A stretch of 60,069 bases of DNA from a virus. Taxonomy: Duplodnaviria > Caudoviricetes. Of the stretch, positions 44,615 to 53,153 are shown in pieces. The stretch lies in the IMG/VR virus record IMGVR_UViG_3300047557_001236, positions 1 through 60,069 of that record; one strand, written 5' to 3'. Position numbers and translations under genes: made by a program. The notes beneath the pieces are model-generated. The model did not search any database and was not told the origin of the DNA. It saw only the letters and a program-made list of their open reading frames with translations. How positions within the stretch are numbered: the first letter of the stretch is position 1; every line of letters begins with the position of its first letter.

Positions 44615-45103
44615 CTATCCGTAGAAAATAGTCATGGTTACGGTAGTAGACGGTAACAAGCAAAATAACCCTTCTGTTGCAAGAATACCCTCACCAGGAA
44701 TCAACGTATAAAACGAAGTCCCACTTGAGCAGTCTAGCTCAGTAAGAATCTTGGGGTATAGAGTTACGTCGCCACTAGTCGTTAAACTTGCTGTAGTTAC
44801 AGTAAATGTATTAGTCGTTACGTTTGCTACAGTATAAGAGTCGTCCACCGCTGTACCGCTAGTAAAGTTAAGTCCTACTACATCACCATTTGACAAACCA
44901 TGGTTAGCAATAGTCACAGTACAGGTTGTTGAACCTGGAATATCGTAGGTTCCAGTTAAAGCGCCAGCGGTGTCTACCACACACGAATTAAATGTAGTAG
45001 ACGTAGATGGCGATATAACAATACCTTTTAAGCGGGTTCGCCCGTTATACGCAAGCGATGAGCTTGTTGCATGGTACGACAGAACGTCTGTTTGCATACC
45101 CAT
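44615..45103 (-). CDS. Virion protein, paralog A
   Basis: MQTDV...RLK...HGL.NG...LIPGEGI...IFYG. Confidence 0.75.
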   Translation of the reverse strand: MGMQTDVLSYHATSSSLAYNGRTRLKGIVISPSTSTTFNSCVVDTAGALTGTYDIPGSTTCTVTIANHGLSNGDVVGLNFTSGTAVDDSYTVANVTTNTFTVTTASLTTSGDVTLYPKILTELDCSSGTSFYTLIPGEGILATEGLFCLLPSTTVTMTIFYG

Positions 45104-45115
45104 AGGGGTCTCCTA

Positions 45116-45604
45116 TTAGACGTTTTCTGCGCCAGTATCAGCTACGAAATAACGAATAATTCCAGAGCAGTTACCAGAAGCTACACCGTTAGCTGCGGTA
45201 GTTACAACAACCAAGTTGGTTGCATTAGCTACGTTACCAACAGAAGCGCCAGCGCCAGAAGTGCCAATAGTAAAGTTAGCACGGGAAGCGGTAGAGCCAC
45301 CATCTAATAAGCCTTTAGCTACAGGAGTTCCAAGAGTTGTGCTTTGTCCTGGGCCAACTCCGACTAATGGGGTAAACCCTAAGTCAACAGCGCCAGTACC
45401 AGTTTCGGTAATGGTAACGTCAGTAACGATAGCGCCAGCTGGGAGGATCAAAGCCTCGGTGCCATCAGAATTGGTTACGTTTGCGCTTGCTGCGCAGTTA
45501 GAGATAAAAAACTGAGCTGCCATAACCATGGAGCCAGCAGTTGCAGTACGGGTTTGATCTCCACCAGTGGAGCGCCATACGCTAGAGGTAGTTGCTAAAG
45601 TCAT
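45116..45604 (-). CDS. Virion structural protein (minor capsid/decoration-like)
   Basis: LPAGAIVTDV beta-rich; SD AAGGA. Confidence 0.65.
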   Translation of the reverse strand: MTLATTSSVWRSTGGDQTRTATAGSMVMAAQFFISNCAASANVTNSDGTEALILPAGAIVTDVTITETGTGAVDLGFTPLVGVGPGQSTTLGTPVAKGLLDGGSTASRANFTIGTSGAGASVGNVANATNLVVVTTAANGVASGNCSGIIRYFVADTGAENV

Positions 45605-45612
45605 GTTAATTG

Positions 45613-45688
45613 TCCTTCGTACAAAGATCCGCCTGTCAATTGTGTACGCATCTGCTGGGGCAGTTTGACAGACTCATCACCCAGATGT
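45613..45688 (-). ncRNA. Multi-pseudoknot structured RNA; possibly the Mu-gpT-DE motif
   Basis: Interleaved stems CATCTG/CAGATG, GTCTGTCAA/TTGACAGGC, CGTACA/TGTACG; downstream of the capsid gene; candidate promoter TTGCAG-16-TAATAT at 45720-45693. Confidence 0.6.
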
Positions 45689-45763
45689 GTAGATATTACT
45701 ACTTTTTTAAGGTTCTGCAACTTCTTTTTGATATAAATACAATAAATACATACAGGAGCCCCT

Positions 45764-45910
45764 ATGAGCGCATGGTTAATTATTGTCACGGGTTTGATAT
45801 ACGCCTATATTGCTATTGAACAGGGTATCAAAGGTAACGTGCCCATGGCGGTCGTATATAGCGGCTATGCCTTTTCTAATGTCGGGTTATATATTCTGGC
45901 AACAAAATGA
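45764..45910 (+). CDS. Small two-TM membrane protein, 48 aa (not in ORF track)
   Basis: SD AGGAG; MSAWLIIVTGLIYAYIAIEQG.KGN...; ATGA overlap with 45907. Confidence 0.7.
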   Translation: MSAWLIIVTGLIYAYIAIEQGIKGNVPMAVVYSGYAFSNVGLYILATK

Positions 45911-46569
45911 ATAAGATCGAAGTCGACCTAAAAGCTTTGCCATCAGATGTTAGGGCTTGGGTCGAGTTTGAAGTTATGGCTAGTAACGCCCATGATATTG
46001 CCGTACACCTCCAACGCAAAAAGCAAGTACGTATGGACGGGATTATGGTGTCGGGGTTCTTTTGCAGCCACACAGATAGACTGTTTGTGGCTGGGCTATC
46101 CAAGGATTGGATACCCATTATGGTCCATGAAACCTGCCATCGTGACCAGTATACCGAGCAAGCCAAGGTCTGGAACGCAACCGTAAAAATTGATGGTGAA
46201 GATCAGGATCCTTTAACCGTTATGCACGACTGGTTAGAACACAAAATTGAACTTGGCCCATATAAAACAAAGCAAATGCTTGTTGGCGCTATGAATGTAG
46301 AACTAGATTGTGAACGCAGGGCGGCTAAGAAAATAGATGAGTTTTACCTACCGATTAATCTCAAAGAATACATACAAAAAGCTAATGCTTATGTGTACTT
46401 TTACTTAGCAATGCAACACACTCGGGAGTGGTACCCTAAGGGTAAAGCCCCATTTTCACTGCCAGAAGTATGGACTAAGATGCCTGCTGACTTTGATAAC
46501 GACTATACAAAGTTACCTAAAAAAATCAAGAACTTAATTTTGAGACATTCATACAATATGCGAGTTTGA
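45907..46569 (+). CDS. Zincin-like metalloprotein
   Basis: IMVHETCH...ELDCE. Confidence 0.65.
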   Translation: MNKIEVDLKALPSDVRAWVEFEVMASNAHDIAVHLQRKKQVRMDGIMVSGFFCSHTDRLFVAGLSKDWIPIMVHETCHRDQYTEQAKVWNATVKIDGEDQDPLTVMHDWLEHKIELGPYKTKQMLVGAMNVELDCERRAAKKIDEFYLPINLKEYIQKANAYVYFYLAMQHTREWYPKGKAPFSLPEVWTKMPADFDNDYTKLPKKIKNLILRHSYNMRV

Positions 46570-46937
46570 TGCCTTACAAGGATCTAAAGGACCCAAAACG
46601 AAAAGAAACATACAAACGATACTACGCAAAACACGGATACAAAGTAAAAGCTGCTACTGCCAAACGCCGCAAAGAAGCACGGGAAAAATGGCAAGATTAT
46701 AAGAAAACTTTGTATTGTGTAGAGTGTGGGCAAAAGCACCCTGCAACTTTAGATTTTCACCACGTTATCAAAGATGATAAAAAAGTAGTCACGGATTTAA
46801 TTAGAAACGGACAGCTCAAACGAGCCATGGAAGAAGTCCAAAAATGTGTTGTTTTATGCGCAAACTGCCACCGCATTCATCACTGGGAAGAAATAAGAGC
46901 TAAAAGAAAAGCTAAAAAAGCAGCAAGAAAGAAATAA
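46569..46937 (+). CDS. HNH endonuclease
   Basis: CVECG...LDFHH...CVVLCANCHRIHH. Confidence 0.88.
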   Translation: MPYKDLKDPKRKETYKRYYAKHGYKVKAATAKRRKEAREKWQDYKKTLYCVECGQKHPATLDFHHVIKDDKKVVTDLIRNGQLKRAMEEVQKCVVLCANCHRIHHWEEIRAKRKAKKAARKK

Positions 46938-46961
46938 AAAACCCCACCTGGTAAGGTGGGG
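46936..46961 (-). terminator. Intrinsic terminator after the major capsid gene
   Basis: Minus strand CCCCACCT-TACC-AGGTGGGG then TTTTTT. Confidence 0.85.
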
Positions 46962-46986
46962 CTTCTCGTTGGAACAAGGACCTTGT

Positions 46987-47895
46987 TTAGGCGCCTTGTG
47001 AACCAAACATACCGAGAGGATCGGACCAGCCGAAGCTATAACGCTCACGAGCCTTGTAACGTACGTTACCAGTATCGAAGTCACCGTCCATAGAATTCTG
47101 GAGCGGAACACGAACGAAATGCTTCATACCGTTAGGTACATCAGTGGTCAAGTACCAAGCATTGGTGTCGGTCAAGAAGTGGTTAATGGTATAACCCTCT
47201 GGAATCGAACCGTTGTTCTTGATTGCATTGATGTCGTTGTCGTTTGTACCAACACGGAGTTCGGTTTCTAGCAAACGAGTTGCAACGAACTGCAGTGCAG
47301 GTGGAACAATCAACTTACGTGGCTTAGCAGCGATCAACAGACCACGCTCATCAGTCCACAAGCTGATTTGAATAACGGCGGCTTCCAAAGAAGTCTCGTT
47401 AAGGTCAGCAGGGGTTGTTGGAACGTTGCTGTTAACACCACCAGATACGAGCGGATGGTTAGCGTTAAATAAAGAAACGCCGTCACCACCTGGGTATCCG
47501 TTGTCAAAGCCGTTGTTTAATACAGAAGCAGCACGGACTTGCTTGGTATAAGCCATGGAACGAGCGAGTGCCTTGGTATAACGAGCTGAGAGGCTGTCAT
47601 ACAAGTTATCTTCAATAGCTTCTTCAGTTAAGCTGAAGCCTTGAGCGATCGTTACGTGGGTATAGCGAGCTGTCCAAGCCTCTTGACCATTGTCATAAGC
47701 AATTGGTGCACCCTCGTTTTTCACGGGAGCAGCACTAAAACCTGATAACTTGGTCTCTTCTTCGAAGGAACGCTCAGAGGTCTCGGTTTCGTAGATCTCT
47801 TTGTGTTCTTCACCATATCTTGCATACTCTAAGCCAAACAAAGCGTTAAGGCCCGGTAGCAACTCTTTAAGTAGTTGTGCACGAGAAATAGCCAT
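46987..47895 (-). CDS. Major capsid protein (Mu gpT-like family)
   Basis: 302 aa after scaffold/decoration genes, biased codons, strong SD AAGGAG, followed by terminator; GGDG..LF...HP, KLIVPPAL. Confidence 0.85.
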   Translation of the reverse strand: MAISRAQLLKELLPGLNALFGLEYARYGEEHKEIYETETSERSFEEETKLSGFSAAPVKNEGAPIAYDNGQEAWTARYTHVTIAQGFSLTEEAIEDNLYDSLSARYTKALARSMAYTKQVRAASVLNNGFDNGYPGGDGVSLFNANHPLVSGGVNSNVPTTPADLNETSLEAAVIQISLWTDERGLLIAAKPRKLIVPPALQFVATRLLETELRVGTNDNDINAIKNNGSIPEGYTINHFLTDTNAWYLTTDVPNGMKHFVRVPLQNSMDGDFDTGNVRYKARERYSFGWSDPLGMFGSQGA

Positions 47896-47906
47896 TTATA
47901 TGCTCC

Positions 47907-48536
47907 TTAAGCTGTGTAATCGTTAGCCTCACCAGCAACTAAGTACTGATGATTGTTGAACTTAACTACAACTTCACGGAAAGTCGTAGCGCTTGCTGCA
48001 GTATCAGGTACTACGGCAATAACACGTAGTGGGAGAGCTGCTGCATTGCCTTGTGCATTAGTTGCATAGACAGATACACCAGAATCACCAGTGGTGTTAG
48101 AACCAGAACCTTGACGAACTGCAATGTTAGTACCAACGATGCTTTGGTTAACAGTAGTAACGGTAGCGTTACCGCTGAAAGTTACAGCAACTTTGAAAGC
48201 AGCCATAGGATCATCAACTACGTAAGCAATAGCGCTGGTAGCAGCAGCATTGCCAGGATAGTATTGAGCCTGAACGGTTTGACCTTGAGCGTTAACATAC
48301 TGAACACCAACAAAAACACCAACGGTGTTGTTTGCAGCGGCGGTAGTAGAGTCAACAGTTACGGTCGATTTTTCAATCTCGCCACCTGCAGCAATACGGA
48401 CGATGTCGCCGTTGTAGATTGGGGTGTTATAAGCAGAGTCGATAGGAATCTGACGAATAGCACCGGCATAGGGTAGTCCATCTACACGGTTAATCGGCTG
48501 TAAGCCGTAGGGAGCTGAAACGGTTGGATAAGCCAT
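47907..48536 (-). CDS. Capsid decoration/cement-like protein
   Basis: APYGLQP, IYNGD.V, GVFVG..Y, VVDDP; directly upstream of the capsid gene. Confidence 0.65.
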   Translation of the reverse strand: MAYPTVSAPYGLQPINRVDGLPYAGAIRQIPIDSAYNTPIYNGDIVRIAAGGEIEKSTVTVDSTTAAANNTVGVFVGVQYVNAQGQTVQAQYYPGNAAATSAIAYVVDDPMAAFKVAVTFSGNATVTTVNQSIVGTNIAVRQGSGSNTTGDSGVSVYATNAQGNAAALPLRVIAVVPDTAASATTFREVVVKFNNHQYLVAGEANDYTA

Positions 48537-48558
48537 TTATAAACTCCTAAATTAAAAA

Positions 48559-49008
48559 TTAAGAACCTTTTCCAAAGGAACTTGTAGTTTTCTGTTCATT
48601 AAACAGAGGCATACGAGTGTCGCTTTGGCGCATAAGAGTGTTCTCAACAGCTTCCATTTGAGCGTTAGATTGAGCGGAATAATATTTGTTCCGTTGCTCA
48701 ACAAACTCAACAGGAGTCTTGCAGAGTAACAACCCGCCAATCTCAATATTGTCTTTATATCGACTATTGGGATCGACTAGCATTTGAAATTTTGGTTGTT
48801 CTTCAATACGTACAGGTTCCCATCCTTCTCTGAGTTTGGCAGATAAGTTACGTGGGTCTGCTTGATTTAAAGATGCAACACGAATCCACCGGTAAGCATA
48901 ACCAGCCTGTTTGTCGGGTTCTGGTAATAACTCTGGAGGAGCCCAATGCGTGGGGCGCTCCACTGCGGTGCGTTTGTCTAATTCACGAGTCAGTCTGTTT
49001 TCAGCCAT
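48559..49008 (-). CDS. Conserved head-module protein
   Basis: W.PP..LP.P...GY.YRWIR...REGWEPV; SD GGAGG before ATG 49008. Confidence 0.7.
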   Translation of the reverse strand: MAENRLTRELDKRTAVERPTHWAPPELLPEPDKQAGYAYRWIRVASLNQADPRNLSAKLREGWEPVRIEEQPKFQMLVDPNSRYKDNIEIGGLLLCKTPVEFVEQRNKYYSAQSNAQMEAVENTLMRQSDTRMPLFNEQKTTSSFGKGS

Positions 49009-50002
49009 TTGAAGCCTCCAATTTACGTTGTTCACGGGCATAAATCTCTGGTGTTAGTCCTAATTTCTTAATTAGGGCCATCTGGGTCTGTTTTAGACGT
49101 ACCTGTTTGGAGGACGTCGACCTAGTCGCCGGAGCTACAACCGTTGCGGGCTTTGCTTTTGCTTGAGCTGTTTGTGGCTCTGCTTCTGGCTCTGCCTGAC
49201 TACTTTCTTCCTCGGTATCGAAATACTCTGGAAACTTTTTGCGCATTGTTTTGTCAATGTGCTTGAAGTACTTATCGGTGCCTACGATTGTTGGACCATA
49301 CTCATCAATAAGTTCTTCATGAATACCTACAGCAAAATTTGACATGGCTTTTTTGGAACCATACCAAGGATTTTCATCCAACCAAGCTTGTGTTTTGGCA
49401 TCAATCTTGGGAGCTTCTTGCTGCTTTTGTGTTATTTGTACATCATTTTCCTGCTCTTGTAAAGCAGATGGTTTGAAGTTCTTAGCTTGCTGTGCTTTGA
49501 AAGTAGCTTCTGAGACTTTGGCTTGAGCTTCTACAATCCGCTCCGTATCACCAGAATCTAATGCTTCTTTATATTCACGCTTAGCCATAGCTAGTTCAGC
49601 CTCGGCTGCGTTTTGCACAGTTTCGATATAAGTCTTTTCACCGGCGGTATATTGAGCACGAAGCTTTTTATTCTCGTCGGCTAGGCGTTGTGCAAGTGCA
49701 ATAGCTTCTTGTTGTTCACGCAAAGCTGCTTCTTTAGCACGACGCTCATCGTTCCAAACCTTCTTATATTGCTTGATACGCTCCTTCTGAGCTCTGGGAT
49801 CTAGCTCTTCTTGGTCTTCATCAGCAACTTCCAGCTTTTTAACAATTTCCTCTGGCATCGGCTTAACATTCCGATCTTCAGGGGGTGTGTCATCCTCGAT
49901 GATGTACTCAGGTTCATCCGCTGCAGCTTCCTGCTCTACGGGTTTACCCTTAGTTTCTTGCTCATCGGGAAACTTAAATTCTTCTTTTTCCATTTCAGGC
50001 AT
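49001..50002 (-). CDS. Capsid scaffolding protein
   Basis: Acidic coiled coil between portal and capsid; W...NPWYG; C-terminal KLGLT...YA. Confidence 0.7.
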   Translation of the reverse strand: MPEMEKEEFKFPDEQETKGKPVEQEAAADEPEYIIEDDTPPEDRNVKPMPEEIVKKLEVADEDQEELDPRAQKERIKQYKKVWNDERRAKEAALREQQEAIALAQRLADENKKLRAQYTAGEKTYIETVQNAAEAELAMAKREYKEALDSGDTERIVEAQAKVSEATFKAQQAKNFKPSALQEQENDVQITQKQQEAPKIDAKTQAWLDENPWYGSKKAMSNFAVGIHEELIDEYGPTIVGTDKYFKHIDKTMRKKFPEYFDTEEESSQAEPEAEPQTAQAKAKPATVVAPATRSTSSKQVRLKQTQMALIKKLGLTPEIYAREQRKLEASNG

Positions 50003-50013
50003 GATTTAGCTCC

Positions 50014-50472
50014 TTATATAAATTTACGGGTTATGCCACGTGGATCCTCAACAACGGCCTCTACCGAGTCGTCATTAATAATCCTGAACTCTTTGCCATG
50101 AATAACTAGGCGAGTTCCGGCATTCGGTCTTACTAAAACAAAATCTCCGGGCTTACACCAAGGTCCTGTTGGGAACCTAGATGGGTCCTTATAACAATCC
50201 GGACCAAGTTCAATTACGAAAAGAATCGTAGTAAGAATCTCGTCCTTCTTGATTAAGTCATCCGGTTTAAATAGCTCAGACCCCTCAAATTGCTTTTCCA
50301 CGTCGGGGATAGCGCATAGGATGCGATAGCCTTGTGGTTTAGGAAGCTGTCTGCCTCTTTGCTCAATGGGAATGTACTCATCGCTGTTGATCGATGGCAT
50401 CGGGTTTCCAAGAGCGTCTGTTATTACTATTTGCTTCTTATCGGGGTTTGTGCCGATGAAGGCTTCACTCAT
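50014..50472 (-). CDS. GroES-like co-chaperonin
   Basis: PQGYRIL...V..LGP...KPGDFVL....G.....G.E.RIINDDSVEAVV. Confidence 0.8.
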   Translation of the reverse strand: MSEAFIGTNPDKKQIVITDALGNPMPSINSDEYIPIEQRGRQLPKPQGYRILCAIPDVEKQFEGSELFKPDDLIKKDEILTTILFVIELGPDCYKDPSRFPTGPWCKPGDFVLVRPNAGTRLVIHGKEFRIINDDSVEAVVEDPRGITRKFI

Positions 50473-50659
50473 CAGATTTCTCCAATCTTTGTTTAAGGTC
50501 ACTTATTTCTGAAAGTGCAATCAGCAGACCTTTTATCTGACCGCACATGTGTTGGTACTCGTCGTAGTTTTTGGCTGCGCCGGCACCTAGACTCTCTTCC
50601 AGGGATTTGGCCTGTTCACCTAGCTTTTGGGCTAAGTGGTCGAGATATTTATCAATCAT
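50465..50659 (-). CDS. Hypothetical protein
   Basis: Y..Y...CG.I.GL small helical protein between portal and GroES-like gene. Confidence 0.7.
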   Translation of the reverse strand: MIDKYLDHLAQKLGEQAKSLEESLGAGAAKNYDEYQHMCGQIKGLLIALSEISDLKQRLEKSDE

Positions 50660-53142
50660 TTACGTTTCTCCGTAGCACGGGTGCGTGCCATTTGATCTCT
50701 AGACTTGGCAATATCTACACCAATCCTAGTTCCTTCAAGCTGCTGCTTAGCAACAAGATTTGCCTTGTCTTGCTCAGCTTTAGCTCCAATCTGTGCTCCA
50801 GCAATTCGCTCTTGCGACTTGATACGCTCTTCTTCAAGTCTAATCTGGTCGGCTTTAGCTGCGGCATCAACTGCAAGTTTTCTTTCTTTAATACCAACTT
50901 CTGCCTGCTTAATCTGAAGTTCTTGCTGTTGCATTTGAATAATCGGATCTTGCGCTGCTTGCTGTGCGGCTTGAGCAGCTGCTTCGTTTTGATTGCGCTG
51001 CAACAACATTTGTGCAGCTTGTGCTGCCAGTTGTGATACACGTACTTCAAGTTCTTCTGGCATAACCTTGTCATCATCCTCATCGTTTGGATGATATGGC
51101 AAGTCAATACCCATCTGAGCTTCCATCTGTTTGCGATACTCAAACGCAATATGCTCATTAATATGAGCCATCATTGCAGCCTGCATAGCTTGAGCGTTGG
51201 GGTTTTGTCCAACTAACTGCATAATCTTTGGATCTTGTATAGCAGCCATATGCGTTGCAATGTGTGCTGGATGATCTTGATATAAGAATGCTTTAACTGG
51301 CTTCATCATGAGAATGTTCTGATTCTCAGTGATGGGGTCCTCAGGCTTTTGGTCCTCAGGTAACTTAACTAGCTTCTGAGCATTTTTAATACCCAACACA
51401 TCAAGCATCTGGCGATGGAGTTGTGGGAGGTTATATATCTGTGGTGCACCTTGAGCTAGCTGCAATACAGCTTGGTATTGTGTAATCTTCTGAGCCATGG
51501 TTGCTGCGTTTGGGTCAGAGACTGGAATGACATCGACGTTGTCATAGTCACTCTTCTTAGCACGTGGGCTACCAACATCTGGTTCGTAAGTGTAGGTATC
51601 TGGAGTGTAATCCCTAATGATGTCTCGAAGTAACCGAAGCTCCTCTTTGAATGAATAGTGGATGCGGGCTTGTACAGCGGACATTACTTTCAATGTACGC
51701 TCCAGAATCGCTAATGTTGTTCCAACCGGTGCTTGCGCACTCATGTCGGAAATCTGAAGATCTGCTGCAGAAGCAAAGCGACGACCTTCTTCGATGATCT
51801 TATCCATCAGCCCAGCTAATACCATGCTAGGTTCTTTGTACGGTAATGGTAAGAAGTTATCCCGCATTGTTCCAGCGGGTACATCTACATCACGCCACTC
51901 TCCTGGTGCTATCGGCGTGTCATCTCCTTTGACTCGCATGCCCCGAGCTTTGAAGCCGCCTGGTAAGTTAGACAAGCTTCCTGCATCAACCAATTGCCGG
52001 AGGATTGAAGTACCAGATTTAGCAAACGCCCCGATGAGGTGAATAAGACCAAAGCAGTAGAAACCAAAACCGGGAATATAACCATAATGCACAAAATGCG
52101 AACGCTTCTTCTTATGCTCATCTTCTGGCCTCCAGTTACGACGAATGGCAAGAATAGTACCATTAGCCTTCTCGATGGTGACGATGTAGGGTAGTGCTAT
52201 ACCTGTCGGCTTACCATTTTTGTCTACATCTTCATATCCGTCTAAGTCCAGATCTACCTGCATTTCAAGGAGCTTGTAGCGATCATCTACTGACGCTCTA
52301 AAGCCCATCTTCTCTGCAATCTTCTTCTCTACTTCATCGAACGCATCAACAGGTTCTGGCAACTCGACATCACGATAGAAGCCTGCGTGTTGCAACTTCT
52401 TAACCTCATTAGGAGTCTTGCGCATAACATGCGTGACTCGTGGTGAACTAGCTAAATCAGTTGCACCATAAGGCACAACCAAATCTTCCGCCGGTACAAA
52501 CATTGACACTTGTCGCCCAAGACTTGGATCAAAATAAACTTTTTTGAACGCATTACCAGATAGTCCCAAGCCCCAGAGCATGCGCTCATGCTCAGGTCTA
52601 AACTCAGGCATTTTTTCTGTGAGTTGATAGTTCATGTCATCACCAACTCGTTCAGCAGCGTCTTTCTTTTCTTGGGTTTCTTTACCAATAATGACGGTCT
52701 TTACTGGACCCATGGCTGGGAATGTCTCCATAATGGTCTCTGCTTGAAAGCGCACTAGAGTCTCGGATAGTAGTGGGTGATACACACCACATGCGCCTTC
52801 CCATGGCTCAGCACGTTCTTCAATAGTCATACCTAATAGTTGTAGCCCATCTACGTATGTCTGCATCCAGTCTTTGCGGCTACTGATGTCTTCATCAAAG
52901 TCACCCGCTAACTCACTTGCCAGCATTTGTAACTTGTCTTCACTCATGTACTCGGCTAAGTTGGCATCAAAGTCCTTATCACTAGGCTCTTCCTCTTCGA
53001 TACGCAAGATGGGTTGCCCATCAATACCAATCTCAACGGCTTCTGGATCTTCGATCTCAATCTCGATCTCCGGACCTTCTTCAAGAATCGGCATTGCGCC
53101 TAACCCCATCGGGGCTTGTGATAGTGCTTTATCTATTGCCAT
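50656..53142 (-). CDS. Portal protein
   Basis: 828 aa directly after terL; helical with Gln-rich C-terminal barrel as in P22-like portals. Confidence 0.85.
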   Translation of the reverse strand: MAIDKALSQAPMGLGAMPILEEGPEIEIEIEDPEAVEIGIDGQPILRIEEEEPSDKDFDANLAEYMSEDKLQMLASELAGDFDEDISSRKDWMQTYVDGLQLLGMTIEERAEPWEGACGVYHPLLSETLVRFQAETIMETFPAMGPVKTVIIGKETQEKKDAAERVGDDMNYQLTEKMPEFRPEHERMLWGLGLSGNAFKKVYFDPSLGRQVSMFVPAEDLVVPYGATDLASSPRVTHVMRKTPNEVKKLQHAGFYRDVELPEPVDAFDEVEKKIAEKMGFRASVDDRYKLLEMQVDLDLDGYEDVDKNGKPTGIALPYIVTIEKANGTILAIRRNWRPEDEHKKKRSHFVHYGYIPGFGFYCFGLIHLIGAFAKSGTSILRQLVDAGSLSNLPGGFKARGMRVKGDDTPIAPGEWRDVDVPAGTMRDNFLPLPYKEPSMVLAGLMDKIIEEGRRFASAADLQISDMSAQAPVGTTLAILERTLKVMSAVQARIHYSFKEELRLLRDIIRDYTPDTYTYEPDVGSPRAKKSDYDNVDVIPVSDPNAATMAQKITQYQAVLQLAQGAPQIYNLPQLHRQMLDVLGIKNAQKLVKLPEDQKPEDPITENQNILMMKPVKAFLYQDHPAHIATHMAAIQDPKIMQLVGQNPNAQAMQAAMMAHINEHIAFEYRKQMEAQMGIDLPYHPNDEDDDKVMPEELEVRVSQLAAQAAQMLLQRNQNEAAAQAAQQAAQDPIIQMQQQELQIKQAEVGIKERKLAVDAAAKADQIRLEEERIKSQERIAGAQIGAKAEQDKANLVAKQQLEGTRIGVDIAKSRDQMARTRATEKRK

Positions 53143-53153
53143 ATACGCCTGCC

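Noticed and set aside
45645-45665. ACTGCCCCAGCA resembling a cobalamin riboswitch segment
   Set aside because: Other conserved B12-element parts are missing and the element is too short.
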